A stretch of 55,516 bases of DNA from a virus (taxonomy: Duplodnaviria; Caudoviricetes), in IMG/VR virus record IMGVR_UViG_3300035703_000121, positions 1-55,516 of that record. One strand, written 5' to 3'. Of the stretch, positions 26,012-35,801 are shown one piece after another (within the stretch, counting starts at the first letter, position 1; every line of letters starts with the position of its first letter). The notes under the pieces are model-generated. The model had not been told where the DNA came from and did not search any database. It saw only the letters and a list, made by a program, of their open reading frames with translations. The position numbers and the translations under genes were made by a program.

Positions 26012-28724
26012 ACTGTATATCTGTTAATTCGGTAAACTTGGCTTCGGTAGCAATAAACTTTGTTTTTCCGGCAAACAAATCCAAGTTTAATGTGGTTGGA
26101 ATAAAAACCTTATCTTCATTGTTAAAGTAGAAATCGATTAAATTACACGGCCACAACAAAGCCAAAGCAGAAGCCTCGAGCCTAAACATAGTTTCGGCCT
26201 GAATGCCGTGTAAGGCTTTAGCAACTGTTTTTGGGAAGGTATCTACTGTAGTGCTGCCAACTAATTTCCAACGCAATCGGTTAGCAAAGTTTTCAGGAGC
26301 GTACTCTACGTGCATATATTTTAAAACATCGGTTGAATCTACAGCAGGATAGGCTTTGTAGTTTTTTGGTATTACCGGAAAGCCGGTGTATGATTCTAAA
26401 TAAGCCAGTTTAGAATTACTGTCATTTAAAAAATACCATAGAGAATCAAAAGAAGTTTGCTCACCGGTAACTTTTTCCATAAAAGCCGCTTTTTTAAATC
26501 CTTTTTCAAAAAGCAGTTCTATTAACGATGATGAAACATTAAATGTATTGTAATTCAAATCGAGCTCTACATTAGGCGCAAAATAATGATGCGCTAAATA
26601 GTCAGCATTGGATGAAGTACGATCAATAGTTTTAAAGAAATCATCATTAATTGGATAACCAATAGCAAATGAATTTTTTACCGAAGCATCAACAGTACAT
26701 GAAATTGGTAAATCATAAGATAATTTTTGAGTAAAGTTAATTTCACGGAAAGCCGTTAACGATTCGTTTTCATTGTAACCTTCAATTACTTCAAGCTTAA
26801 CTGTATCAGCAATAATTCTTTCAAATGCAATGTTATCCAGCGCAACACTACTTTCTTGAATTATAGGCATTAAAATTCTAAGTTTTAAATAACCTTCAAC
26901 ATCAGAACTAAATGTGAATTTTAGTTTAAAAACCAATTTATAAATACCAGTACCATTATCTGAACTTTGAACCTCATATCGCAAATTTGCATCCGAAGAA
27001 AACGACGGCCTATTACTATACTTTTCTACACCATTTATAAAAATTTGAAAAGGCACTAAACGATCATAATAACCTTCATCAAGTTTGTTTTTAAAAGTAG
27101 TTTCAGATAAGTTTACATTAATACCATCTACAGTAAATTGAAATTCAAATTCATATTTTAAACCAGGCTTCACATATGGCGTTTCAACCGATTCCAAATA
27201 CCTGTTTACCGCAGTGGCTTCGTTTAAATTATAATCGCCCACAGAAGATGTTTTACGCCAATAAAAAATAGAATAGTTTTCTGTAAATGGCGCAGAAGCA
27301 AAAGGGTTGAAAAAAATTGGTGTTATAAATAAGCCCGATAAATTAGAAATCCATTTTTTAAGCTTTACCATTCCATACAATTGAAAAATTGCTGAAACCG
27401 GTAAATTATAGCCAATTGACTTATAGTATGAATAAAACTGTTTTTCTTTATCTATTCTAACTATTTCGTCCGAGAATAAATTTTTACTTCCGTTAGCCTT
27501 AAAATTTAAATTAACTTCACGGAAAGGTGTAAGAGCTGTAAAGTTTGGTGTTGGCTGTAATTTAGCACCACAATCCACCAATTCTTTTTCGGTGATTAAA
27601 TCGGCAATTCTTACACCATTGGTATCAAACTGTAAATTGGTAGTTTCCAATTCGGCACGGCGGTGAACACCTTCTAACCACCAATAGCCTCGAAAACTGT
27701 ACAAAGTCATTAAGTTAGAAGAAACGATATCTTCTAAAATTTCGTAGCAGTCTTTATATTTTTCGCCATCCACAAAGTCGAGCATATTAATGCCGAGCGC
27801 TTCCCAGGTGTATAATTCAGATTCCGGCACAACCGAAGGTTTTACCACTAAGTTTTGCGCCAATCCGGTTTGCTCTAAACAATAGGCAATTACCTTAGCA
27901 ATAGGCAAAGTGTTTTGGTAGTACCAAGCCGGAAAGTATTTTCCTTTTAAACTACCAATCATATCGGTAGCGGTGAAATCTACAAAAAACAATACCTGTT
28001 TGTATGGTTCGTTGTATTGGTCCGGCAGTAAAAAACCGCGCCAAAGCAATTGTTCATCATCCGTTACATTTATTCCCACTACTTCAACACGGTATCGTTT
28101 TTCATCACCGCTAAACAAGTGCAAAAACTTAGCATCCTGCGCATCGAGCACCGCCATATTAAAAACGAGTTTTGATATAGCCAAAGCCTTGGTTAAATCG
28201 TCGCCACCGTTAAAATCGATTTTACAAGCGTTGGCCGAAGCCAATTCCTGAATTAAGATGCGTTCGTTTTCGTAAGTATCATAAATCCTGATACTGATAT
28301 CTTTGTAATCCAAAGCCGGTAAAATTTCCGGTTCCGGCACTGTAATCGTTTCAGTTGCTAAAGTTGTAATGGTACTTCCAGGATCAGTAAGATTTGTAAA
28401 ACTCCAGGTGGCCGCCACTCTTAAATTAACGTAAAAGCCATTGGTGCCCGAAGCTTCAAAGGTGGCAATACCATCTAAATCGTTGGCATTTAAGTTGGTC
28501 AATAAGTTAGTCATGGTTTCGGCCAGGGTTGCACCAATGCGCACCTGGTTAGTAGCTGCCGGAACTCCGGTAACAAATGTTTTACTAAGCCATTTACTGT
28601 AACCCAAAGCCACATTAAACACCGAAAACGACATTAAGTAAAACGCCGTAGGATTAGAAGGAAATGTTATTTTTACTCTATTCGCCACGTCTTTCGCTTT
28701 GGTTTTTTGCTCTGTTAAAAGCAA
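26004..28724 (-). CDS. Large minor tail (hub/tip) protein; start may be GTG at 28688
   Basis: Follows TMP; LWRGFLLPDQYNEPY...ATDMIGSLK motif. Confidence 0.7.
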   Translation of the reverse strand: MLLTEQKTKAKDVANRVKITFPSNPTAFYLMSFSVFNVALGYSKWLSKTFVTGVPAATNQVRIGATLAETMTNLLTNLNANDLDGIATFEASGTNGFYVNLRVAATWSFTNLTDPGSTITTLATETITVPEPEILPALDYKDISIRIYDTYENERILIQELASANACKIDFNGGDDLTKALAISKLVFNMAVLDAQDAKFLHLFSGDEKRYRVEVVGINVTDDEQLLWRGFLLPDQYNEPYKQVLFFVDFTATDMIGSLKGKYFPAWYYQNTLPIAKVIAYCLEQTGLAQNLVVKPSVVPESELYTWEALGINMLDFVDGEKYKDCYEILEDIVSSNLMTLYSFRGYWWLEGVHRRAELETTNLQFDTNGVRIADLITEKELVDCGAKLQPTPNFTALTPFREVNLNFKANGSKNLFSDEIVRIDKEKQFYSYYKSIGYNLPVSAIFQLYGMVKLKKWISNLSGLFITPIFFNPFASAPFTENYSIFYWRKTSSVGDYNLNEATAVNRYLESVETPYVKPGLKYEFEFQFTVDGINVNLSETTFKNKLDEGYYDRLVPFQIFINGVEKYSNRPSFSSDANLRYEVQSSDNGTGIYKLVFKLKFTFSSDVEGYLKLRILMPIIQESSVALDNIAFERIIADTVKLEVIEGYNENESLTAFREINFTQKLSYDLPISCTVDASVKNSFAIGYPINDDFFKTIDRTSSNADYLAHHYFAPNVELDLNYNTFNVSSSLIELLFEKGFKKAAFMEKVTGEQTSFDSLWYFLNDSNSKLAYLESYTGFPVIPKNYKAYPAVDSTDVLKYMHVEYAPENFANRLRWKLVGSTTVDTFPKTVAKALHGIQAETMFRLEASALALLWPCNLIDFYFNNEDKVFIPTTLNLDLFAGKTKFIATEAKFTELTDIQYE

Positions 28725-31314
28725 TTAGTAAATCACTACCTTTCAAGGTAACATCAGCAACCATAGGAATCACAGTACCACCGCCACGCTCTAATTGGTT
28801 ATACAATCTTCTTTGTTGGCGATCATTCAAAATAAGCTCACCACTATTCACACGCGCTAAAATACGGTCACCGTAAAAAGAACTACCACCTACAATACCA
28901 CCATCGGCAAAAGCACCTATGTTAGCAACTTGAGATTTAACAATACTTCCTAAAGCAATTAATGCAACCCCGGCAGCTATTGCACCAAATCCTTTTAATC
29001 CAGTTAAAGCTTTTTTTATCGCCTCAATAGCGGTACCTGTTGATATAGCTATTTTACCTAATTGAATTAACATATTTCCTAAACTTGAAAAAATCAATTC
29101 ATTAAAGCCTTTTAACAAACTACCACCATTAAAAGCACCTGCAATAGCTTCACCAATACCCGAAGCAAAACCCTCTAATGTAGATTCAATAGCAGCATTA
29201 AAATCTTCTTGTAAAGAAACAGCGGTACTTTTTAAATCTTCAACTGTTGTTTTTACTTTTTCAGTACCTTTAATATCATTAATAACCAATTGAGTACCGG
29301 TTATTAAATCTTCAAACTCCTGGTATTTTCTTTTACCTTCTTCTGTGGCATTAGAAAAGCGAGATTGTAATTCTCTGTAATAGGATATTTGATTTTCAAG
29401 ATCTTCTAAAGAAAAAGTTGGAATAAAAACACCTTCAGAATCAGCATTAGGAATTTCCGGTTTAGGAATTTTGATTCCTTTTTTAGAAATGGCATCAATT
29501 TGCTTTTGGTAGCCATCTATTTTGGTTTTTAAGATATCAAACTCAGTAGAATTGGTAGCCACTTCCCTTTGCGCTTTTCGAGCCAATTCAATAAGGCTTT
29601 CATAGTAAGCAATGGTTCCAACTTTTAAACCACCAACCGCTTCAACCTGCACACCGGTTTGAGCAATAATAGCTTTTTGGCGTGCGATTTCATTTTCGGT
29701 TAGCTTTGCAGATTTTTGGTCCAATTCTGATTTAACACCTAAAAGATATCTATCTTCTTTTTGCGCTAAAGCATCAGCATCAATTTGTTCCTGCTTAATT
29801 TGTTTTAAAAAACGGTATTGGGTAGCTAATAATTCATTTTTAGTTTTATAAACATCAGCAGTTCCTTTTGAAATACTACCTTCAGCTAAAAGTTGTTTCT
29901 CACCACCTTTATTAATTTCAATGATCCTTTCACGGATTTTTTGTATTTTTTGTTGGCGCTCGATTTCACCTTCTAATCTTTCTTGCGCTCTTTTATCGAG
30001 TTCATTACCAATAGCTGCCGCTTTTGATTTATCAAAAATAGCTTGGCGCAATTCTTTGTAAATACCAACAGACTGTGCGTTCTTTAAATTTTCAAAATCG
30101 ATATTTTTAAAGTACGCAGGATATAATTCCTGTAAACGTTGGTAGGCCGCTTTACGTTCGTCAATACCCAACTTAACATCAGTTGAAGATTTATACAATC
30201 TATCCAAAGTAGATACTTCAGACAAAGCTGCTTTATTTCCGTTGGCAATAGCTGTATTTAATGATTGTTGAGCCGTTACAACTTTAGTTTGGTTTGAATA
30301 CCATAAAGCAAATCCGGCAGCAATTGCCGCAATAGCAACTGCCAAAGCTGTATAAGGATTAGCCGCTATTAAAGCAGACATTGCTGAAAAAGCATCTTTT
30401 AAAGCATTGAACTTAGTAATTAAATTAGGGATAAACGTAAGCAATGCACCGGTAGCAGAAAGCAATGGTCCAATTGCTGCAGCAATACCGGCAATAACCA
30501 CTATGGTTGTTTTGGTTTCCGATGATAAATCGGAAAAGCTTTTAATTAAACCATTCACAAAAGTGATAGCTTTAGTAAAAGCCGGTAAGATAACACTACC
30601 TAACTGCTGTCCTACTTGTTTTAAACTTTCAGTAAAAATTCGGGTTTGGTTAGCAGCACCGCCACCGGTACGCGCAAAATCGCCCTGGGCGTTTTTAGTA
30701 TTAGCCAATATGTATGCGTAGCGCAATTGCACTTTTTCGGCTTGCGAAAAGTCTTTAAACTGTTTGGTGATTCCTTGCGATAAAGCAAATGCCTGAAGAT
30801 TGGTTTCAGTCATTACAATACCGAGTTTTTTAAGCGATTCCGTTTCGCCCGAAAATACTCCGGTTAATGCGGTATTGGCAATATCAATAGAAATGTTTTT
30901 GAATGATGCCAAGTCACCGGCTAAACCCACCAACGATTTAGACATATCGGCAGCGCGATCTACAGGCAAGCCCAAAGAAGTAGCCATATCACCAAAAGTA
31001 GCCGCCATATCCAAGGCAGTTCCTTCGGATATACCAAAGGCAGTTAAGGATTCTTTTGCAAACTCACGAACCGCTGCCGATGAATCGCCAAAGGCCACAT
31101 CAACTTTATTCAAACTTTCCTGGTAATCACTGGCAAACTTTACCGAAGCGGCTCCGGCTGCCAATAAAGGTGTTGTTAAGTAAAGCGATAAGCCATTGCC
31201 CACACTTTGTAGTTCACGTCCGTATTGGTTAATCTTACGGATGCTATTTTGCATTTCGCTTGAGAAGCCTCGCAAATCAGCACTAAACTTAACATTGATA
31301 GAAGCTAAACTCAT
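28678..31314 (-). CDS. Tape measure protein
   Basis: Ala/Gly-rich helical; GETESLKKLG; FADGGIV...RVNSGELIL. Confidence 0.9.
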   Translation of the reverse strand: MSLASINVKFSADLRGFSSEMQNSIRKINQYGRELQSVGNGLSLYLTTPLLAAGAASVKFASDYQESLNKVDVAFGDSSAAVREFAKESLTAFGISEGTALDMAATFGDMATSLGLPVDRAADMSKSLVGLAGDLASFKNISIDIANTALTGVFSGETESLKKLGIVMTETNLQAFALSQGITKQFKDFSQAEKVQLRYAYILANTKNAQGDFARTGGGAANQTRIFTESLKQVGQQLGSVILPAFTKAITFVNGLIKSFSDLSSETKTTIVVIAGIAAAIGPLLSATGALLTFIPNLITKFNALKDAFSAMSALIAANPYTALAVAIAAIAAGFALWYSNQTKVVTAQQSLNTAIANGNKAALSEVSTLDRLYKSSTDVKLGIDERKAAYQRLQELYPAYFKNIDFENLKNAQSVGIYKELRQAIFDKSKAAAIGNELDKRAQERLEGEIERQQKIQKIRERIIEINKGGEKQLLAEGSISKGTADVYKTKNELLATQYRFLKQIKQEQIDADALAQKEDRYLLGVKSELDQKSAKLTENEIARQKAIIAQTGVQVEAVGGLKVGTIAYYESLIELARKAQREVATNSTEFDILKTKIDGYQKQIDAISKKGIKIPKPEIPNADSEGVFIPTFSLEDLENQISYYRELQSRFSNATEEGKRKYQEFEDLITGTQLVINDIKGTEKVKTTVEDLKSTAVSLQEDFNAAIESTLEGFASGIGEAIAGAFNGGSLLKGFNELIFSSLGNMLIQLGKIAISTGTAIEAIKKALTGLKGFGAIAAGVALIALGSIVKSQVANIGAFADGGIVGGSSFYGDRILARVNSGELILNDRQQRRLYNQLERGGGTVIPMVADVTLKGSDLLIAFNRAKNQSERRGE

Positions 31315-31336
31315 ATAATACCGCTTTTTAACGGTA

Positions 31337-31384
31337 TAAAAGTACCTTTCAATGGTAGTTTTATTGCGGACGTTTTGTCCGTTT
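31337..31384 (-). promoter_or_regulatory. Late promoter motif copy 1 (TMP operon)
   Basis: AAACGGACAAAACGTCCGCAA-N19-TACTTTTA. Confidence 0.7.
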
Positions 31385-31390
31385 TTACCA

Positions 31391-31420
31391 TAAAAAAAAA
31401 CCAGTCTTTAAGACTGGTTT
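31391..31420 (-). terminator. Intrinsic terminator
   Basis: AACCAGTCT..AGACTGGTT plus T tract on minus strand. Confidence 0.65.
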
Positions 31421-31986
31421 CCTTCGGCATACTTATTTTCAATACCATATTTATTTAAGGCATTTAAATAAGCAATATGTGCTTCTTCTGGCGTTAAAAA
31501 TCGGCCTAAATTTTTAGTTTTATTATTAATAGAAATACGTGCCGCCCATCTTTTTAATCTTTGATTACTTTTATCATAAGTAACCCCTGTATAATTAGAC
31601 ATGGTTTTTTTACTTTTATAATAATGTGTAGTATTCTCTCTAATTGTTAACCACTCTAAATTCAAATAATAATTATTTAATTTATTTAAATCTTTATGGT
31701 TTCCTTTATGTTTTTTAGTTGGCTTTTTACCAATAAAACATTCTAAAACTAATAAATGAACAGAAAATCGCTTTTGTAAACCATCTTTACATAACACAAC
31801 AACATAATATGCATTTTTAGCATAAACAGAAAGCTTTAAATCCCTACCTTTCATTACTCTTTTTACACCAGAATAATGATTTACTAAAAAATCAAAACTT
31901 CTAACATTACCCCAAGAAGATATTTGATACAAACCTTCATAACCCGGAATATCTTTCCATTGTTCCGGTTCTCTAACTTCTTCCAT
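31408..31986 (-). CDS. NUMOD4-HNH-AP2 homing endonuclease
   Basis: WKDIPGYEGLYQISSWGNVRS, VHLLV..FI, NHKD..KLNN..NLEW, YTGV..WAARI..LGRF; AT-rich. Confidence 0.88.
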   Translation of the reverse strand: MEEVREPEQWKDIPGYEGLYQISSWGNVRSFDFLVNHYSGVKRVMKGRDLKLSVYAKNAYYVVVLCKDGLQKRFSVHLLVLECFIGKKPTKKHKGNHKDLNKLNNYYLNLEWLTIRENTTHYYKSKKTMSNYTGVTYDKSNQRLKRWAARISINNKTKNLGRFLTPEEAHIAYLNALNKYGIENKYAEGNQS

Positions 31987-32034
31987 GATTTTTAAAAAAT
32001 TTTTATTAAAACTTTAACATAAAACATCCATTTT

Positions 32035-32062
32035 AAAAAAAGCACGGCTTTCACCGTGCTTC
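32035..32062 (-). terminator. Intrinsic terminator after the tail chaperone genes
   Basis: AAGCACGG-TGAAAG-CCGTGCTT followed by T run on minus strand. Confidence 0.7.
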
Positions 32063-32097
32063 CCCACCAAACTAAATTTTGGTTAACCAACCCAAAA

Positions 32098-32484
32098 TCA
32101 TTTTTTTTCGCCATCTTGTTTTGCATAGAAGGCTTTTACATCTTCAATTTCCTGAAGGAATTTTTCGTAATCGGCTTCAGTCATTTTTTTGATAACTGCT
32201 TCTTCAAATCCAAAGGAAATAATATCTGTTGGTTTAAAGTTTCTTTTTTGATGCGGCATCATACACGCCCACATAACGTTTCGCATTATGATAAGTCGCT
32301 CCTGACTTTCCGCATCTTTTTCTTTTTGGTAACCGGTAAGCTTATTGTTAAACTCCCGATAGGTTAACTTGTAAAACTGTTTTGGTGATAGCCTTAGTTG
32401 TCCAAAAGCAATAGCTTCGAGATCATCCCAGGTTAATTCTACTTTTTGTTTGCTCCCGTTTTGATCGGAGCTTTCTGCTTTCCC
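32098..32484 (-). CDS. Tail assembly chaperone T segment (expressed by -1 frameshift)
   Basis: Open -1 frame LTWDDLEAIAFGQLRLSPKQFYKLTYREF... after GGGAAAG at 32478-32484. Confidence 0.8.
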   Translation of the reverse strand, partial: GKAESSDQNGSKQKVELTWDDLEAIAFGQLRLSPKQFYKLTYREFNNKLTGYQKEKDAESQERLIIMRNVMWACMMPHQKRNFKPTDIISFGFEEAVIKKMTEADYEKFLQEIEDVKAFYAKQDGEKK

Positions 32485-32822
32485 TCGGCTTTAGGCATAG
32501 AATCCATAAAAGCTTTGAAAACTAACTCAATTGCATTAGTCATTGTTTTCATATCCGACAAATACAATTCATCCAATTCATCGGCGGTTAACGTTTCTGT
32601 ATTCTCTGTATTGGCTTCAATAGCACAAAGAATAATATCGTTAATCACATCGATTTGCTCAAAGGTTAAATTGTCGGTCATATTTTCAAAAATGGTTAGT
32701 TTTTGAATAACCTCATTTAAACCAGGAACGTTCCACTTAACCGAAAGCAAACGCAAAACCTTCATGCCGAATTTCAGCACGAAGGTTTTTTTGTTTAGCT
32801 CTAATTTTAAAGAATCATTCAT
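32439..32822 (-). CDS. Tail assembly chaperone (gpG-like)
   Basis: LKFGM motif; lies between tail tube and TMP; slippery site. Confidence 0.8.
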   Translation of the reverse strand: MNDSLKLELNKKTFVLKFGMKVLRLLSVKWNVPGLNEVIQKLTIFENMTDNLTFEQIDVINDIILCAIEANTENTETLTADELDELYLSDMKTMTNAIELVFKAFMDSMPKAEGKQKAPIKTGANKK

Positions 32823-33295
32823 TAAACAGTATATTTTATAATTCTAATAAATAAGTTATCTGTGAAATTTATGTTTTGAAAATCATTGTAATAAGTATAT
32901 ATCTTAATTGAATTTAAAGATTGAATATCAAACTTAGTAACAACAGTATTCAAGTAACTTGAATCCCAAATCTCAACAGTTGAAGTAGCATTTAAAAAAT
33001 CAGCAACACTTTCTTCAGTTATAACACAATTAACAGTATCGTTAACTGCTGTTAAAGTTTGCCCTAATGTATTTTTGAACTCAGTAAGAGTAAAAGTAGC
33101 AGAAGAACCTGAACCAGTTTTAGTTAATTTTGCAACGTACTCTAAATAGGTTGGAGCTAACGCTCCAACCTCTTGATCTACATAATCAACAACATCTTTC
33201 ATCTTTCCACCTACATCAGAAGGCGAAACTGAACCTGGAGTCGTTTCACTAGTAATCGCCGCATCAATAGCAGCTTTTAATTCTACGTTTGTCAT
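32822..33295 (-). CDS. Putative virion decoration/fibre protein
   Basis: N-terminal ELKAAIDAAITSETTPGSVSPSDVG; sits in structural operon. Confidence 0.5.
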   Translation of the reverse strand: MTNVELKAAIDAAITSETTPGSVSPSDVGGKMKDVVDYVDQEVGALAPTYLEYVAKLTKTGSGSSATFTLTEFKNTLGQTLTAVNDTVNCVITEESVADFLNATSTVEIWDSSYLNTVVTKFDIQSLNSIKIYTYYNDFQNINFTDNLFIRIIKYTV

Positions 33296-33355
33296 ATTGT
33301 ATTTTTAAAAAATTTACGAAAACTCACTACTGAACTCACTAGTGAAAACGCTAGC

Positions 33356-33769
33356 TCACGCAGAAACGGTTGCTTTAGTTAAGTCGCCATTCCCTTTAAA
33401 AGAGAAGCTACCTTGCACCGATTGCCCTACGGTTGCATCGATAGAAGCACTTTCTACATACACTTTACCAGTGTATTTCCACTCACCGGTTTCATTTGTA
33501 GAAAACTCGAAATCCAATTCGGTTTTCGCTAACAAATAATCCAGGATTTCATCGGCACTTTTATGCGTAGTATCACCCGAAGGCAAAGTAGCAAAAAGCG
33601 CATCGGTAGAAGCATTCCAAGTATAGTTACCCGGAGTATTTACCGATCCTTCAGTATCTTTAGTCGCAATTTCTTCGAGCGACATCGAGATATCTAATTT
33701 ACAAGAAGTTGCATGGTAAATAGTTTTACCTTCAGCACTTATACGAACATTTTTCCCTTGAAAAATCAT
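33356..33769 (-). CDS. Major tail tube protein (TP901-1-like)
   Basis: HATSCKL, ATKDT, WNAS, YTGKVYV, SFKGNGDL. Confidence 0.85.
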   Translation of the reverse strand: MIFQGKNVRISAEGKTIYHATSCKLDISMSLEEIATKDTEGSVNTPGNYTWNASTDALFATLPSGDTTHKSADEILDYLLAKTELDFEFSTNETGEWKYTGKVYVESASIDATVGQSVQGSFSFKGNGDLTKATVSA

Positions 33770-33774
33770 AATTT

Positions 33775-34119
33775 CTAAGTTGTTTGAATATTTATAATTC
33801 CGTTAAACAGTTTCAATTCGGCATCATATTCCACATCCGAAAGTTTCCAGTGATAAACTCGCGATCCTTTAAACATTTCGGTTAAAGTATCGGTTAACTC
33901 CACGCAATCATCGTAGTTTAAAAACCACAAAAACAAAGCGATATCGTACAAATCACCATCGGTAGATAATTCGTTACGCTGCACGCGGTAGGTTGCCAAA
34001 GGAAAGTTTTTCCCTTCGGGAGCCATAAACGGATATACTTCCTGATTTAAGACATCGGTAAAAGCCGATTGCCCTAATAAGTAAGAACGGAATTCCGTTG
34101 ATTTGCTTTTTAAACCCAT
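33775..34119 (-). CDS. Tail terminator-like protein
   Basis: VYPFMAPEG..FP..TY; gene order. Confidence 0.65.
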   Translation of the reverse strand: MGLKSKSTEFRSYLLGQSAFTDVLNQEVYPFMAPEGKNFPLATYRVQRNELSTDGDLYDIALFLWFLNYDDCVELTDTLTEMFKGSRVYHWKLSDVEYDAELKLFNGIINIQTT

Positions 34120-34121
34120 GG

Positions 34122-34646
34122 TTAACTTAGTTTATCAATTTTCTTTTGAATGAATGCTGCCATTCTTTTTTCGGCATCAGCCGTTACTACCCCATCGGTA
34201 GCTTTGTATGCGTTTGTCATGAAAGGCGTTGCCCTGGTGCGCGATTTTATTCCGGCACTGTTATTCGCACCGGCAGTACGTTTGCGCTTAAATCCCTTTT
34301 GGTAAACCGCATGGCCATCGTGTACAAAATGACCGTACCAACCATCAAAACTACCTTTAGCCCGCGGACCGGCATAAATTGTTGGATTCTTAGCTTTGCG
34401 ACCGGTAATTAAACCAATCGATTTTTGCAAAGAACGCGGCTGCACTAATTTTTTAGTTCGTTTACCGGAAACCCAATGTGCTTTAGGTGATACCGGAACC
34501 AACTGCTTTGCCGATTGTACTGTTGGCCTTGCGACCATTCGGAGTATTGCTAATGTTTCGCGCTTTTTATCTTTGTCATCTGCCAATTTTTTTAACTGAT
34601 CAGTTAACTTATCAAAGCCTATAACATCAACCCGAATATTACTCAT
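34122..34646 (-). CDS. HK97 gp10-like tail completion protein
   Basis: GWYGHFV..G, PFM..AY. Confidence 0.75.
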   Translation of the reverse strand: MSNIRVDVIGFDKLTDQLKKLADDKDKKRETLAILRMVARPTVQSAKQLVPVSPKAHWVSGKRTKKLVQPRSLQKSIGLITGRKAKNPTIYAGPRAKGSFDGWYGHFVHDGHAVYQKGFKRKRTAGANNSAGIKSRTRATPFMTNAYKATDGVVTADAEKRMAAFIQKKIDKLS

Positions 34647-34971
34647 ACAACTTGCAAATCAATTTTAAGTGCGATTTTCTGCCAATTTCCATAACATGAT
34701 TCACCTGGAAGCGCGTACCGTTATCAATAAGAAGTAAGGTGTTTTGCTTTTGCAGAACTTCACTTCGGTACCGGATAACGTAGGTACGATTTACCAAATG
34801 AATTACACGACCTTCTTCATCTTCGCCACCGGAAACTTCTTCCATAAAAGCAAACGGTTCACAAACTGTAACTTCGGCATCCGTTTCAAAACCGGTATCG
34901 GTTTTGGTTTTGGTTACTTCTACAATTTGCACCTTACGGTCCATTTGCCCAACGAAAGGTTTTTTTTCCAT
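34639..34971 (-). CDS. Head closure protein (SPP1 gp16-like)
   Basis: GQMDRKV, YVIRYR. Confidence 0.75.
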   Translation of the reverse strand: MEKKPFVGQMDRKVQIVEVTKTKTDTGFETDAEVTVCEPFAFMEEVSGGEDEEGRVIHLVNRTYVIRYRSEVLQKQNTLLLIDNGTRFQVNHVMEIGRKSHLKLICKLYE

Positions 34972-34974
34972 AGC

Positions 34975-35547
34975 TTAGTAATTTCGGTATGGTCGCATTA
35001 AAGAACGTGATGCGGAATTGTTTCCGATTTCGCCAATATCTTCACGGCGCTCATACATAGATGTTACCATCAATAGTATGGCTTGGTAAATTGGTTTTGG
35101 CAATGTTTTCGGTTCGTAACCTTGCTTAATTTCGATAATTACAGCATCATCACGCTCGGCAGTTTCAGGATAGCTTTCAAACTTGATTTCTTTACAACCA
35201 ATAGTGCTGCTTTTACGAAGTTTGTAGTTAGTATCTTCCATTGCTGTAGTTTCGGTTGCACCAGGCGCGTAATAAACAATACTTTTTACAGTATCGTTAT
35301 CAGCACTTTGTGTAAACTCGAAAGTAGCAGAAAGACTGTCTAACTCAAAGGTTTTAACACCCGGATTTAATACACGGCCGGTATAATCTTCGGCAGCTGC
35401 AACCGCCGCATTAATATAGCCCTGGATTAAATCATCTTCTTCTTCAAAATCAGCTTCTAAACGAAGCTGTTTTTTTACTTGCACCAATGTTACCAAAGCG
35501 GTATCATCGGTACTATCAGGCGTAAAGAAATGGTTTGTTACTTTCAT
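34975..35547 (-). CDS. Head-tail connector (gp6/gp15-like; probable start 35547)
   Basis: VTLVQVKKQLR..EDDLI..YI.AA; QAILL..YERRE; LMRPYR. Confidence 0.85.
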   Translation of the reverse strand: MKVTNHFFTPDSTDDTALVTLVQVKKQLRLEADFEEEDDLIQGYINAAVAAAEDYTGRVLNPGVKTFELDSLSATFEFTQSADNDTVKSIVYYAPGATETTAMEDTNYKLRKSSTIGCKEIKFESYPETAERDDAVIIEIKQGYEPKTLPKPIYQAILLMVTSMYERREDIGEIGNNSASRSLMRPYRNY

Positions 35548-35557
35548 GACCTTTTTT

Positions 35558-35740
35558 TTACTTATCTGAAGTATCAGCATCAGTAGTTACAGGAGCATCT
35601 TTCGAATTGCAAAAAGTTGCATATCCTAAATCAACAATTTCAGTTGCTAATTTTTTTTCAACTTCAGCAACTTGACCTTCACTTTGCGGTAAACCAAATC
35701 TTAGTAATGGTAAAACCGCTTTAATTTTTACATTTGCCAT
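35558..35740 (-). CDS. Small protein after the capsid gene (probable start 35740)
   Basis: GQVAEV..LA...V..GYA pattern. Confidence 0.6.
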   Translation of the reverse strand: MANVKIKAVLPLLRFGLPQSEGQVAEVEKKLATEIVDLGYATFCNSKDAPVTTDADTSDK

Positions 35741-35758
35741 GTTTTTTCTTTTTTTTTT

Positions 35759-35794
35759 TAAAAATGGATGCTTATGAAAAAGCATCCATTTTTA
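35759..35794 (-). terminator. Terminator after major capsid gene
   Basis: TAAAAATGGATGCTT..AAGCATCCATTTTTA. Confidence 0.65.
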
Positions 35795-35801
35795 TGTTAT
35801 G

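Noticed and set aside
32056-32367. 103-aa Phe-rich plus-strand ORF
   Set aside because: Antisense to the gpGT frameshift segment; composition reflects complementary A-rich codons.
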